In this document: piece after piece, positions 28,544 to 36,954 of the stretch
Layout of the letters: each line of letters begins with the position of its first letter
How positions within the stretch are numbered: position 1 is the stretch's first letter
IMG/VR virus record: IMGVR_UViG_3300045258_000102
Location: 1 to 64,000 of that record
DNA from: a virus
Length of the DNA: 64,000 nucleotides
Reading direction: 5' to 3' (one strand)
Notes under the pieces: model-generated
Told to the model about the DNA's origin: nothing
Databases searched by the model: none
The model's input: the letters and a program-made list of their open reading frames with translations, nothing else
Position numbers and translations under genes: made by a program

Positions 28544-29809
28544 TTATATTCCTCGTGCTAAAAGTTTGCGCCGTAGCATCCGTGGTCCGCCCAACGCTGC
28601 GCCAGATCCTGGCGTCTCGACCACACCCAGCGCATAAACTGTAGGCGCCTCGCCTGCCGTTGCTAGAATTGTCGTGATTTCAGGCAGATAGAAGCCGAGA
28701 TTTGGGCAACTGTTATCATCCTTCACGCACCCTAGCAAAATTGAGTGTCCATCAATCACCATCATTACCGGCGTCGCACTGTCGCCAGATATGATCCGTT
28801 CGGATGGGTCTGCCGCTGGTGTATAGCCTACGCCGACATCGTTATCCGTCTGGTCCGAGTCGATGATTTGGCCCTTGAAGACGCGGGATTGGCTGATCTC
28901 AACAGCTAGAAGTCCACGCACGCTCGACGGATTCGACAGGATTCCGGCTGGTGCCACCGTAGTTACTGGCGAGCTGAGCTTATAAATCAAGATGTCGCGA
29001 AACTGATCGCCCACGAACCACATGGTTTGGTTTGGGATGCAAGAGCAGGTGCGAGTGACGCGGTTGCCGTCCGGCTGCATGAACTCGATAGTTGTGGACG
29101 CCAATTGAAAATGATTAGAGCCAACACAGAAGCTCGGCGAGATCAGCGAAGGACAGTCGAGGTTTTGGCGTGGATTAACGCCGAGCGTTACGCCCGTGGA
29201 GAAAAACCCAAAGTCGATGCTCGCTAGCGGTCCAGTGCCGTGCCAATGCGGCGGATCGGGCATCTCCTGCTGTGTGTCGTCCAGGTGTTCCGTGAATAGA
29301 TCGAGTCCACGGATGGCCGTGAGGTCTTGAACGGTCGTAAGAGCCGTCGCACTCGGAGCCGACACCGGGGTTAAAATATCCAAATAACCGGGGCTGATAA
29401 CCCACGGGTGCGAGTTGTCAACTTCTAGCCAATGGTTGTAGGAGCTCGGTTGCAGGTCCGCTCTGACTGTTGTTGACAAACCACCGTTCGTGGCGGTGAC
29501 CATGCAGGTGATCACTTTGCCAACGTCGGCGGCCTGAACTGCGTAGTTGTAGGGATCGGTGCTGACTAACACGGAGTTAGTTCCAGAATGATCGTCGGCC
29601 CGATACCAGGCTTTCGTGATGGTTCCAACCGATGGCTGTCCGTCGCTGCAAAATAATGTGTGGATAATCGTATCGACGTTGCTCGCGGCTCGACTAGGAA
29701 AGCCAAATCCCTGCAATTTTGGGGTAACAGGCCACGACGGTGCCCGTAGCGTTATTTGAAACGCTAGGATGTGCGGCCTAAATGCTTGTCTGCGTCCGAA
29801 GCGTGCCAT
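28544..29809 (-). CDS. Virion-associated protein with Ig-like and trypsin-like serine protease domains
   Basis: YAVQAADVGKVITCMVTATN (Ig-like); triad motifs GSNHF, RDILIYKL and ISGDSATP. Confidence 0.7.
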   Translation of the reverse strand: MARFGRRQAFRPHILAFQITLRAPSWPVTPKLQGFGFPSRAASNVDTIIHTLFCSDGQPSVGTITKAWYRADDHSGTNSVLVSTDPYNYAVQAADVGKVITCMVTATNGGLSTTVRADLQPSSYNHWLEVDNSHPWVISPGYLDILTPVSAPSATALTTVQDLTAIRGLDLFTEHLDDTQQEMPDPPHWHGTGPLASIDFGFFSTGVTLGVNPRQNLDCPSLISPSFCVGSNHFQLASTTIEFMQPDGNRVTRTCSCIPNQTMWFVGDQFRDILIYKLSSPVTTVAPAGILSNPSSVRGLLAVEISQSRVFKGQIIDSDQTDNDVGVGYTPAADPSERIISGDSATPVMMVIDGHSILLGCVKDDNSCPNLGFYLPEITTILATAGEAPTVYALGVVETPGSGAALGGPRMLRRKLLARGI

Positions 29810-29812
29810 CGC

Positions 29813-30325
29813 TTATGCCTGCACAACCATGTAGCAATATGCGTTCACCGTCACTGGGGCCGTGACGCGGATACGCCCGAACTTGCTGATCGCAATGACC
29901 GGCTCGCGGCCTAGTGGAAATTGCTTGACGTACTGATTTGTGGGAGCAATGAGCTGAACGTCAAACATCCGAACCGCTGTGATCGACCCTTCGCCGCTCG
30001 CTGTGTAGCCGGTGGAAGTCGTGCCGACTGGAATGATGTTGGTCGTTTGGTCGCCGGTTTGGGCGAGCGCCAGTGGGTCCAGCTTAGTAATGTCGGCCGC
30101 AGCCGCCGCGGTCACGGTGGCGGCGACGTCGGTTTCCAATAGTTCGCACTTGATAGGCACTGCCGCCGCTGAGCCGTCGAATGAGATGCCCCATTCCACG
30201 ATGAGGAGCGGATTGGTCGCCGATGCTTTGACCTGCAAAAGCGTCTTAATGGATGTTCCGGTGGCGACTGGAACTTGCGCCGCAGTCGTTGGCATTGGGC
30301 CGTTTGCTATCAAATAGAGAGCCAT
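29813..30325 (-). CDS. Beta-sandwich virion accessory protein
   Basis: KTLLQV...IVEWGISFDG...QFPLGREP pattern. Confidence 0.7.
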   Translation of the reverse strand: MALYLIANGPMPTTAAQVPVATGTSIKTLLQVKASATNPLLIVEWGISFDGSAAAVPIKCELLETDVAATVTAAAAADITKLDPLALAQTGDQTTNIIPVGTTSTGYTASGEGSITAVRMFDVQLIAPTNQYVKQFPLGREPVIAISKFGRIRVTAPVTVNAYCYMVVQA

Positions 30326-30332
30326 TTTTTCC

Positions 30333-32720
30333 TCAGTAAGTTGAGCCGGCCATCACCGCTCTCGATGCGCCGACGGGAACGTGAGTAATTGTGATTTGGT
30401 TTGGAGTCCAGCCATTCCAGAATGTCGTTTGACTGCCCTGCGTGTAGTCGTAGGCAATCTGCGCAGAAGTTAAGACGACGTTGTAGAGCTGTACGTCGCT
30501 CAGTCGCCCAGCAAAAAGAGTGTCGTTACCACTACGCGCTGCGACCGCCACGCCGAGCTTCGTAATGCCAGATGGCGTGATAGAAGTTGTTTCCGCGCTA
30601 CCAGCCACGCCCTCGAAATACGCTGTGCGACTGGCCACTGCGCTCGTGAGTCCGGCTGCGTGATACCAAGTATTCGCCGCAAATGTTCCGGTGTCCGCAT
30701 TGGCTGCGGTGCCGTTGCGGGTTGTCATTCGCGCCGGCTTGCCGCCGACACTTCCAGCCGCGAATAAACCGAAATAGTTATCTGTGACCGTGGGATCGGC
30801 GAGCGAAAGAATCGTTTGGAACGCGGCGGCGTTCGTAGAATTAAAATGCCCCATGATCGTCAACGGAACGGCGGTAATAATGCTCGCGCTGGCAATTCCA
30901 TATTGGGTCGTGCCGTTGTAGCCATAGGTCGTATTGCTCCACGGGCCTGTGGATGCGGTTGTGCTAGGACTGCCCGTCATCGTGAGGTTGTTGACGCTGC
31001 GAGTGCGGTCGTTGCCGCCGCCCGTGAAGTAGTAGGCGCGGAGCTGATAGGGATAGGCGTTGAACTGGCCAAAGCTAGCCGTGGTGCTGTAGGCGGATGC
31101 GCCCGAGTTGCCTGCATAGACGCGCAGCGCCGGGCCGCCCGTCGTCAGCAGGTCGCCGGGGTACTTCACCTTGAGGACCGCATAGTTGCCCGCGTAATTG
31201 AATTCAACCGCGTCAAAGCAGCACTCTTGCCCGGCAACCGTGGAAACGCGAATGTCCTTGCCGTCCGAGGCGACTGCCGCCCACCAAGCGGTGTTCGTAT
31301 TGTCGATGACAACCGTAAGTAGCGGAGCCCACAGATTCGCCGTTGGCGCATCTCCGGTCGCCTGGATGTAATTTGTCCAACTGCCAAAACTACTAACGGT
31401 GGCAGCCGTGCCCTCAAGTGGCACAAACGATTGAAACTTTCCGTTGTGCGCCCACTGGTAGACATCGTGGTTCATCCCGATATCCGTCCCGGTGCCGTCA
31501 GCATAGCCCACGTCGGCGGTGATAAGATTCGTCAGCGTCCACGCGCTGCCCCAGGATGAACCGGCCGAGATGTAGGCATTGACGCCCGTGCCAACTGCTG
31601 TGCCACCATCATTAGCAAACACCACGCTGATCTGGTCGCTGCCGTCGATCACGCAATCTAGGTGGTCGGGGTATTTCCACTCGTAGGAAGCGGAGTCGGG
31701 GCTGATCGCGGCAATCGACCAGCTTGAGCCGTTCCAGGTGTAGTGATAGAGCCTGGAGTTGCCGCTGCCTGCGTCCTTGCGCCCGTGGAAAGCGTGAGGG
31801 TGGCCGGATGAATCGACACAAAAACAATCGTGCCCGCTGAGGTTTGTTGTCGTGCCGGAGCTGTCAACAATCTCACAGTTGGCTAAGGTGGCGGGAATGG
31901 TTTGCGCGCCGGTCGTTTTCGTGAACGTCGAGCCATTCCAGCGCATGACACTTACGTCATGCTGTTCAAAGACTCCGCCGCCCTGCTGCCGCCAGGTCCA
32001 CATAAACCAGGCAAAGCCAGTTCCTGCACCATCAAAGTTGGATGTGAACTGCGGAGGGCCGTCGAGGTAGGCATTCTGCGTCGGGCTGCTCGCGGTGCCT
32101 TGGATGATGAGGCCACCACTGCCAGAGCCAGCCGCCGCCGCCCATGTCTGGCCGCTCTCGGTGTACTTGTAAAAATACTGATCGCCGTTGCCGCTCGCAC
32201 CGTTGCGGAAGGTGAAGTAGAGCTTGCCGACCGGATCAACACAGAAGCGCGGATAGGTAACTAAGTCCTCATTCGTGCCCACCATCGAGAGTGTGCCGGT
32301 GAGCGTCCCCGAAAAGCTAGCCAGCGCCGTCGTGGTGCGCCGATACAACAGCGCGTTGGCGTGCATGTTGTAGCAGATGTGCAAATAGCCATCGGCGTCG
32401 ATGGCGAGCGCGACCGTGTTGTGATTGTCCACCGTGCGCGTGATGGAGGGCGAATTGGTCACGCCGTCATAGATGTAGAACGACCACGCGCCGCCGTTCT
32501 GTCGAATGGCCAACTCTAAAACTTCACTGGCCCCCGCCCACCACGCGGCTACCTGCCATTCCGTGCCGCTAATGTTGCGACTAACAAGCGGGGCCGCGCC
32601 GTTGCGGTTGTAGTTGGCATTCGTAGCTACGTCGCCGGAGGCGGTAATAGACAGCGCACGGACGGGGACTGGCGAACTGCCCGGCGTCCAATCCATGATT
32701 CCAACTGGAAGTGCTGCCAT
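30333..32720 (-). CDS. BNR-repeat (BNR_4-like) + DUF2341-like + LamG/ConA protein, putative glycan-binding virion appendage
   Basis: DNHNTVALAIDADGYLHICYNMH, VTYPRF, DGKDIRV, WYHAAG and FAGRLSDVQLYNVVLT motifs. Confidence 0.8.
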   Translation of the reverse strand: MAALPVGIMDWTPGSSPVPVRALSITASGDVATNANYNRNGAAPLVSRNISGTEWQVAAWWAGASEVLELAIRQNGGAWSFYIYDGVTNSPSITRTVDNHNTVALAIDADGYLHICYNMHANALLYRRTTTALASFSGTLTGTLSMVGTNEDLVTYPRFCVDPVGKLYFTFRNGASGNGDQYFYKYTESGQTWAAAAGSGSGGLIIQGTASSPTQNAYLDGPPQFTSNFDGAGTGFAWFMWTWRQQGGGVFEQHDVSVMRWNGSTFTKTTGAQTIPATLANCEIVDSSGTTTNLSGHDCFCVDSSGHPHAFHGRKDAGSGNSRLYHYTWNGSSWSIAAISPDSASYEWKYPDHLDCVIDGSDQISVVFANDGGTAVGTGVNAYISAGSSWGSAWTLTNLITADVGYADGTGTDIGMNHDVYQWAHNGKFQSFVPLEGTAATVSSFGSWTNYIQATGDAPTANLWAPLLTVVIDNTNTAWWAAVASDGKDIRVSTVAGQECCFDAVEFNYAGNYAVLKVKYPGDLLTTGGPALRVYAGNSGASAYSTTASFGQFNAYPYQLRAYYFTGGGNDRTRSVNNLTMTGSPSTTASTGPWSNTTYGYNGTTQYGIASASIITAVPLTIMGHFNSTNAAAFQTILSLADPTVTDNYFGLFAAGSVGGKPARMTTRNGTAANADTGTFAANTWYHAAGLTSAVASRTAYFEGVAGSAETTSITPSGITKLGVAVAARSGNDTLFAGRLSDVQLYNVVLTSAQIAYDYTQGSQTTFWNGWTPNQITITHVPVGASRAVMAGSTY

Positions 32721-32801
32721 GCCCGCTACCTAGCCCCCGTGCCTGCGAAAAAGCCGCGCCGCGAAGAACGCAGGCAGCGGCTTGGTGGAATCGACGGCGA
32801 G

Positions 32802-33131
32802 CTAGACTACCGGCACGACCGGTGCATTCGGGTCGACAACCGGCGGAGCGTTGGGATCCACGACCGGAGCCGGCTCCGGCGTCGGTTCCGGCGCCGGATC
32901 GGCAGGCTCGACGGCAGCATCCTCGGTCTCTTGGTTCGCAGCCGCCACCAGTGCGTTGCGTGCGTCACCGAGCGCCGCAGCCTTATCGGTAACTGCCTGA
33001 TCGGTGATGTTAAACGCGGCAATCGCGTCGTCTTTGATCTTTCGAGCGGCCTTGCGATCGAGAATTGCGGCCTTGAGCTCGGCGTCCTTGGCGTCAAAAT
33101 CCTGTTCGGCTAACTGAAGTACTGAGGGCAT
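32802..33131 (-). CDS. Hypothetical coiled-coil protein with PVVDPNAP repeats
   Basis: SD AAGGAG; in operon. Confidence 0.65.
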   Translation of the reverse strand: MPSVLQLAEQDFDAKDAELKAAILDRKAARKIKDDAIAAFNITDQAVTDKAAALGDARNALVAAANQETEDAAVEPADPAPEPTPEPAPVVDPNAPPVVDPNAPVVPVV

Positions 33132-33142
33132 GAGAGGGCTCC

Positions 33143-33358
33143 TTAGCCGTGCGAGTATTCGGCGACAAACTCGCCGTCAGCGACACGGAGGTGGTAATTG
33201 GCGAACTCAATCACGTCGTCCTCGGCGTTATGCCGGAAAAACCGGATGATGCCATTCGGTGGCCACTGATGAAGTATCAAGCCGCCGCTGTCCAATGGCC
33301 CATCGACGAGCCGGACGTGTTTCTGCGTCTCGAACTTCTGGCTATCAGACTTCGGCAT
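33143..33358 (-). CDS. Hypothetical protein, first gene of the late operon
   Basis: VRLVDGPLD motif; lies just downstream of the promoter. Confidence 0.6.
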   Translation of the reverse strand: MPKSDSQKFETQKHVRLVDGPLDSGGLILHQWPPNGIIRFFRHNAEDDVIEFANYHLRVADGEFVAEYSHG

Positions 33359-33406
33359 GGATCGAGCGAGCCTGAGAAATCTTAATTGAGCGAACGTGCT
33401 CCTCGC

Positions 33407-33434
33407 ACTTTATGCGCCGCTCAGTAGTGTGCAA
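33407..33434 (-). promoter_or_regulatory. Putative late-operon promoter TTGCAC-N16-TAAAGT (copy 2 of the 22-bp motif)
   Basis: Identical 22-mer to 153-174; directly upstream of the structural operon. Confidence 0.65.
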
Positions 33435-33493
33435 GCGGATTTGGGCGGAGTAAGATCCTGGGCAACATAAGAATCTGGCGATAAGGTGATGCC

Positions 33494-33697
33494 ATGAAAC
33501 TTTATGCAATCGTGAATTACGAGGAACCGAAGGACATTCTCGTAAGCGGCGGTGGCGAAGCTGAGATGCTTATTTTTGGCAGCAAAACTGCCGCTGATGC
33601 GTGGCTCGCTGAATCGGTCGATTACAATGAAATTTGGTGCAGCTGCACGGTTGCCCGCGTCACGCCAGAAATGCTTTCTCGAATCGACTGCGAATGA
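33494..33697 (+). CDS. Hypothetical protein
   Basis: SD AAGGTG; AT-richer ORF. Confidence 0.6.
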   Translation: MKLYAIVNYEEPKDILVSGGGEAEMLIFGSKTAADAWLAESVDYNEIWCSCTVARVTPEMLSRIDCE

Positions 33698-33831
33698 CCC
33701 GTCTAATCCACGAACTGGTACTGGCCGTGGCCCTTTGCCTAGCCAACATCCTGTTCGCCATCTTCGGCCGCTTCCTCACGACCAAGCAACTTATCGCGAT
33801 CCACCGCTGGGCGAGTAGGCATTCTCGGTGA
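33694..33831 (+). CDS. Small membrane protein
   Basis: ATGA-coupled; one hydrophobic helix. Confidence 0.45.
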   Translation: MTRLIHELVLAVALCLANILFAIFGRFLTTKQLIAIHRWASRHSR

Positions 33832-33957
33832 CGCACAGAATTGCGCCGTGACACGCTCGCTGCGTCAGCCAGACTCATCCGATCAACAGGAGCAGCTGAG
33901 GTGCTTTGCGCCAGCGGGCGTTGTCGTGCGTTTGAGGAGGGGAGTTAAGATTGTGGC

Positions 33958-34254
33958 TCAGCACGTCTTGAAAACGCCATCCGTGAGGAAGCCGTGCCAC
34001 TTGCATCCGCCGGTTCGCTGAATACTCGGCGTCAGCGTCGGCTTAACTTTGTCGCCGTTCCATTTCCACTTCGGGCTCGCTTGATTCGGGTCACCGGTGT
34101 CGAAGAAAATGCCACCAGTTGCACCGCAGCCGCACGGGCACATCTCGATCATGCCCCAGATCTTGCCGTCTTTGTCCGTGCTGAAGATGAAATCACCAGG
34201 GTTCTTCATGTCGTCCCACGACTTCACTTCGTTCGCTGGTACTTCGGTTGACAT
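33958..34254 (-). CDS. DUF6527-like protein
   Basis: CPCGCG...WKWNG...PTLTPSI...CKWHGFLTDG. Confidence 0.8.
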   Translation of the reverse strand: MSTEVPANEVKSWDDMKNPGDFIFSTDKDGKIWGMIEMCPCGCGATGGIFFDTGDPNQASPKWKWNGDKVKPTLTPSIQRTGGCKWHGFLTDGVFKTC

Positions 34255-34289
34255 TGCACTTCTCCGGTGAGAGTTAAGATTTGTAAACC

Positions 34290-34990
34290 CTTACTGGGCA
34301 TGGCAGATAGCAACTACTCCACACCGCCGTGAGGCCGGCGGGTGTGGTTCAAATTCCCGGAGGCCGTGGGTCCCATCGGCCCCTCAAGCCCCTCAATTCC
34401 TGGCCCATCTGTACCGCACCGCCCCCGGCGGCACACCGAATACGTCGAATTACCACGTATTCCGCTGGTTTCGCAGCTGTTGAGCTCGCGCGGCTCCGCA
34501 CGTTTTGGCCCTCCTTCGGATCGCAGGTATTGACCGGCCAGGCGTTGGAGGAATACGCGGGACGGGTGATTTCGGGATGATGCCAAGATGCCGGCCCCCT
34601 CAATCCTCTCCCTCTCTGATTCACAATGGAGAGCGTGGCGAAGCGTGGCTACTCGATGACAGAGCCGAATGACGGAATGGTGAGGCATCGCGTTTCCAAG
34701 TGCCAAGAGCTTCCCCTCAGAAGGTGCCTGAGCGGCGGGCTATTTGATCGCCAATCGTGTGCCGTTGAGGCGGCGGGCCTTCAACGACTTTCGCACCGGC
34801 CTTGCGGCTAGTGGTCCCGGCCAGGGGCACCGGGTTATCGCAGTTCTTGCGTCTCGGCGTCGAAGCGGCTGAGCGCTTCCGCACCGTCGAGTGGGGAGAC
34901 ATACGCTGCGTACAATCGGTTGGCGTTCGATCTGATGCCGAGCAGGGGCGATTTAACGTGCCGCTAGATCGAGTGCGGCAGCTGGTTTGC
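34290..34990 (-). ncRNA. Candidate large structured non-coding region (~700 nt)
   Basis: No credible ORF; many hairpins, including GAATACGT/ACGTATTC, CCACACC/GGTGTGG, GCC-GCAA-GGC and GTCGTTGA/TCAACGGC. Confidence 0.3.
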
Positions 34991-34991
34991 G

Positions 34992-35189
34992 TCATAGGCT
35001 GGCCCTCGTGGGACGAGGTGCGAAGCGTGACCGGACCACTTTGCCGCCGCATCGTTCGCAGCGACAGCCTGCGGCCTTGAGCAGCATTCCTACAGCTTCC
35101 TTGCGTCCGGCTTCGATAGTGTGACCGCAGCTGCAACAGGTCAGCTTGACCTTACTTGGTGGTCGGCGTTTCTTGCGTCGTTTGCTCAC
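34992..35189 (-). CDS. Small basic Zn-ribbon protein
   Basis: GTG start overlapping the upstream TGA; CCSCG...CERCGG. Confidence 0.65.
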   Translation of the reverse strand: MSKRRKKRRPPSKVKLTCCSCGHTIEAGRKEAVGMLLKAAGCRCERCGGKVVRSRFAPRPTRASL

Positions 35190-35518
35190 GCCTTCGCCTC
35201 GCCCCTCACCGCCTTGATCGCGGAGGCCATCGAGCCGGCCCCGACAATGAACCCGAGGAAGAACACGAAGGCGAGCACACAGCAGATTCCCGCGGCCCCG
35301 CCTGCGATTCTTGCATGATCGCCCGAGGTGTTGCCGGCGAAGACGGAGAGCCCGAGTGCTGCGGCTAGCGAAAAGCCGAACAGCCCGGCGAATAAAGCCG
35401 AGATGCCGGCCGCCGTGTTGATGAGTTCTAACTCGCCGTCGTAGACCTAGTGCACGCGCACGTTTCGCGTCGCGGTGATCGTTACGACTGACGGCGGATC
35501 GAGCCTGGTCTCGTTCAT
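35186..35518 (-). pseudogene. Two-TM membrane protein gene interrupted by an in-frame TAG at codon 24
   Basis: MNETRLDPPSVVTITATRNVRVH*VYDGELELINTAAGISALFAGLFG...AKA*; TAG at 35447-35449. Confidence 0.55.
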
Positions 35519-35620
35519 AGCGCGTGGAACTGCCGGTTGTGTTTTGCATTGAGAGCCATGCACCGACAGCCCCGAGAGTTCGGGTTGAGACGCGATAGCT
35601 CCCAGCAAAACACAAACGCC

Positions 35621-35648
35621 ACGTTAAAACTACTCGCGCCTTTGTCAA
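35621..35648 (-). promoter_or_regulatory. Promoter TTGACA-N16-TAACGT
   Basis: Consensus -35 and near-consensus -10 upstream of the minus-strand accessory genes. Confidence 0.6.
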
Positions 35649-35802
35649 ATCCACCCCAGCAAGAATTTTGTGGCGAAGAGTGTCAAACGGCCTGTTTCAA
35701 GCCAATTTGCCAAAAATGGCAGGCACAGGATGCCCCAGGAATTGCGCCGAGCACCTCGGTCGACCTCTGATAGGTCCGAATTTGGGCACTGACGCACTTA
35801 AC

Positions 35803-36231
35803 TCAACGTCGTACTTCCCCGCTAGTAATAAACCCGTGCCAGCATTCCGGCTCGCCAACGGCTACGCTCGGCGCCAGTGTCAAGTCATTCAATCCGTTTC
35901 CGCTGACGGTCCATCGCGGGCGCGTTTTCCCGTCACGAGACTTGGGGCCAAAATCCGCTGGCGGAATTATTCCACATGGCGGATTAGCAAAGACGATCAG
36001 AACGCCATGCGGTCTCCCGAGGTTTAACGAGAGATCGAGCGGATAGCGTTCCTTGCCGTTTTCATCGAGCAGCCCGTACCCGCACGGACACCAAAAAGCG
36101 ACGCCCTGTGACTGCGAAAGGGAGTATGGACATCCGCTCTCGGAATGCGCGCGATAACTCCCATCGCTGCCGACTTCTGCAATGAAGTGGGCCTCGAACC
36201 AGACATCATCAAGTCTTGCCGGCAGGTTCAT
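35803..36231 (-). CDS. DUF6527-like protein (second, longer variant)
   Basis: QGVAFWCPCG...H...RWTVSG...DLTLAPSV...CWHGFITSG. Confidence 0.75.
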   Translation of the reverse strand: MNLPARLDDVWFEAHFIAEVGSDGSYRAHSESGCPYSLSQSQGVAFWCPCGYGLLDENGKERYPLDLSLNLGRPHGVLIVFANPPCGIIPPADFGPKSRDGKTRPRWTVSGNGLNDLTLAPSVAVGEPECWHGFITSGEVRR

Positions 36232-36286
36232 TGTCGGTTACATGCGGTGTCATCAAACTATTTCCCAGATTCTTGCTTATCCCGGA

Positions 36287-36314
36287 TTGACGGGACCGAT
36301 TGACACTGTATAAT
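36287..36314 (+). promoter_or_regulatory. Strong sigma70-type early promoter TTGACG-N16-TATAAT
   Basis: Near-consensus hexamers; dyad TCCCG-N6-CGGGA and a GATTGAC direct repeat overlap the -35. Confidence 0.8.
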
Positions 36315-36412
36315 GACCAGCGTTGCGGAGAAATACCGCAGTTAAATAGTCGGGCCGGTAGCCTGTTATCAGCAAGCTACCAGCCCTAACAAGCAAGTGG
36401 AGGTTACCCACA

Positions 36413-36649
36413 ATGCAAGCTATCCGCCATTCTGGCTGCAATTCTCCTGATCGGCAACCCGGCTCAATTCTCGGCCGCGTGTTCGTTGTCGATCCACGTT
36501 CTACCTACTTCGGTCACACGGGCCACGTGCTGGGCCGCTTCACTCTTTCCACGGGTGAAGTGCTGATCGAGGCGGCAATTGATGATGGGCCTGCCTCGTG
36601 GCTCTTGGGGCTGCGGCAAGTGGCCGTGTCGAAAGGTGGTGGGCGATGA
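36413..36649 (+). CDS. Early hypothetical protein
   Basis: SD GGAGG; first gene after the promoter. Confidence 0.6.
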   Translation: MQAIRHSGCNSPDRQPGSILGRVFVVDPRSTYFGHTGHVLGRFTLSTGEVLIEAAIDDGPASWLLGLRQVAVSKGGGR

Positions 36650-36954
36650 TCACCATGCGTAGAACCGACATCGGCAGCCTTGCGGCTATGAAACGGGCCA
36701 TTCGTCCAGGCGTGGTTATCTACGTGCCGAAGCACTGGCAGCCGCAACTAGTCGAGACGACGCGAGTTGTAGAGTCCGTGCAAGGCAATGGCTACTACTT
36801 CATGGGCCAGACCGCCAAGGGTGAGACTAAGAGGATGTGGGCGCCGTATCCAAAGCGCTCGGAGTTGGCGTTTGGAGAGAACGGCGATATCACGTTTTAC
36901 CCGGGCTGCGAGCGCTCTTGGACCATCGTCATCGGGAGGGATCAGTCATGCTAG
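36646..36954 (+). CDS. Early hypothetical protein
   Basis: ATGA-coupled; starts MITMRRTD. Confidence 0.6.
   Translation: MITMRRTDIGSLAAMKRAIRPGVVIYVPKHWQPQLVETTRVVESVQGNGYYFMGQTAKGETKRMWAPYPKRSELAFGENGDITFYPGCERSWTIVIGRDQSC

Noticed and set aside
32810-32900. PVVDPNAP and PEP repeats as a further PEP-CTERM signal
   Set aside because: No TM helix or basic tail follows; it is a simple Pro-rich low-complexity tail.
254-34336. GCCGTGAGGCC and CAACTAC shared between the 188-271 hairpin and 34311-34336
   Set aside because: The matches are short (11 and 7 nt) and in different order, which is compatible with chance in 64 kb.
34340-34360. GGTTCAAATTCC resembles a tRNA T-loop
   Set aside because: The flanks do not form a T-stem or acceptor stem, and there is no cloverleaf. 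I found no tRNA gene in the window.
34992-35654. 220-aa ORF-track call as a single gene
   Set aside because: Its N-terminal part overlaps a promoter and a better membrane-protein frame; only the Zn-ribbon part from GTG 35189 looks real.
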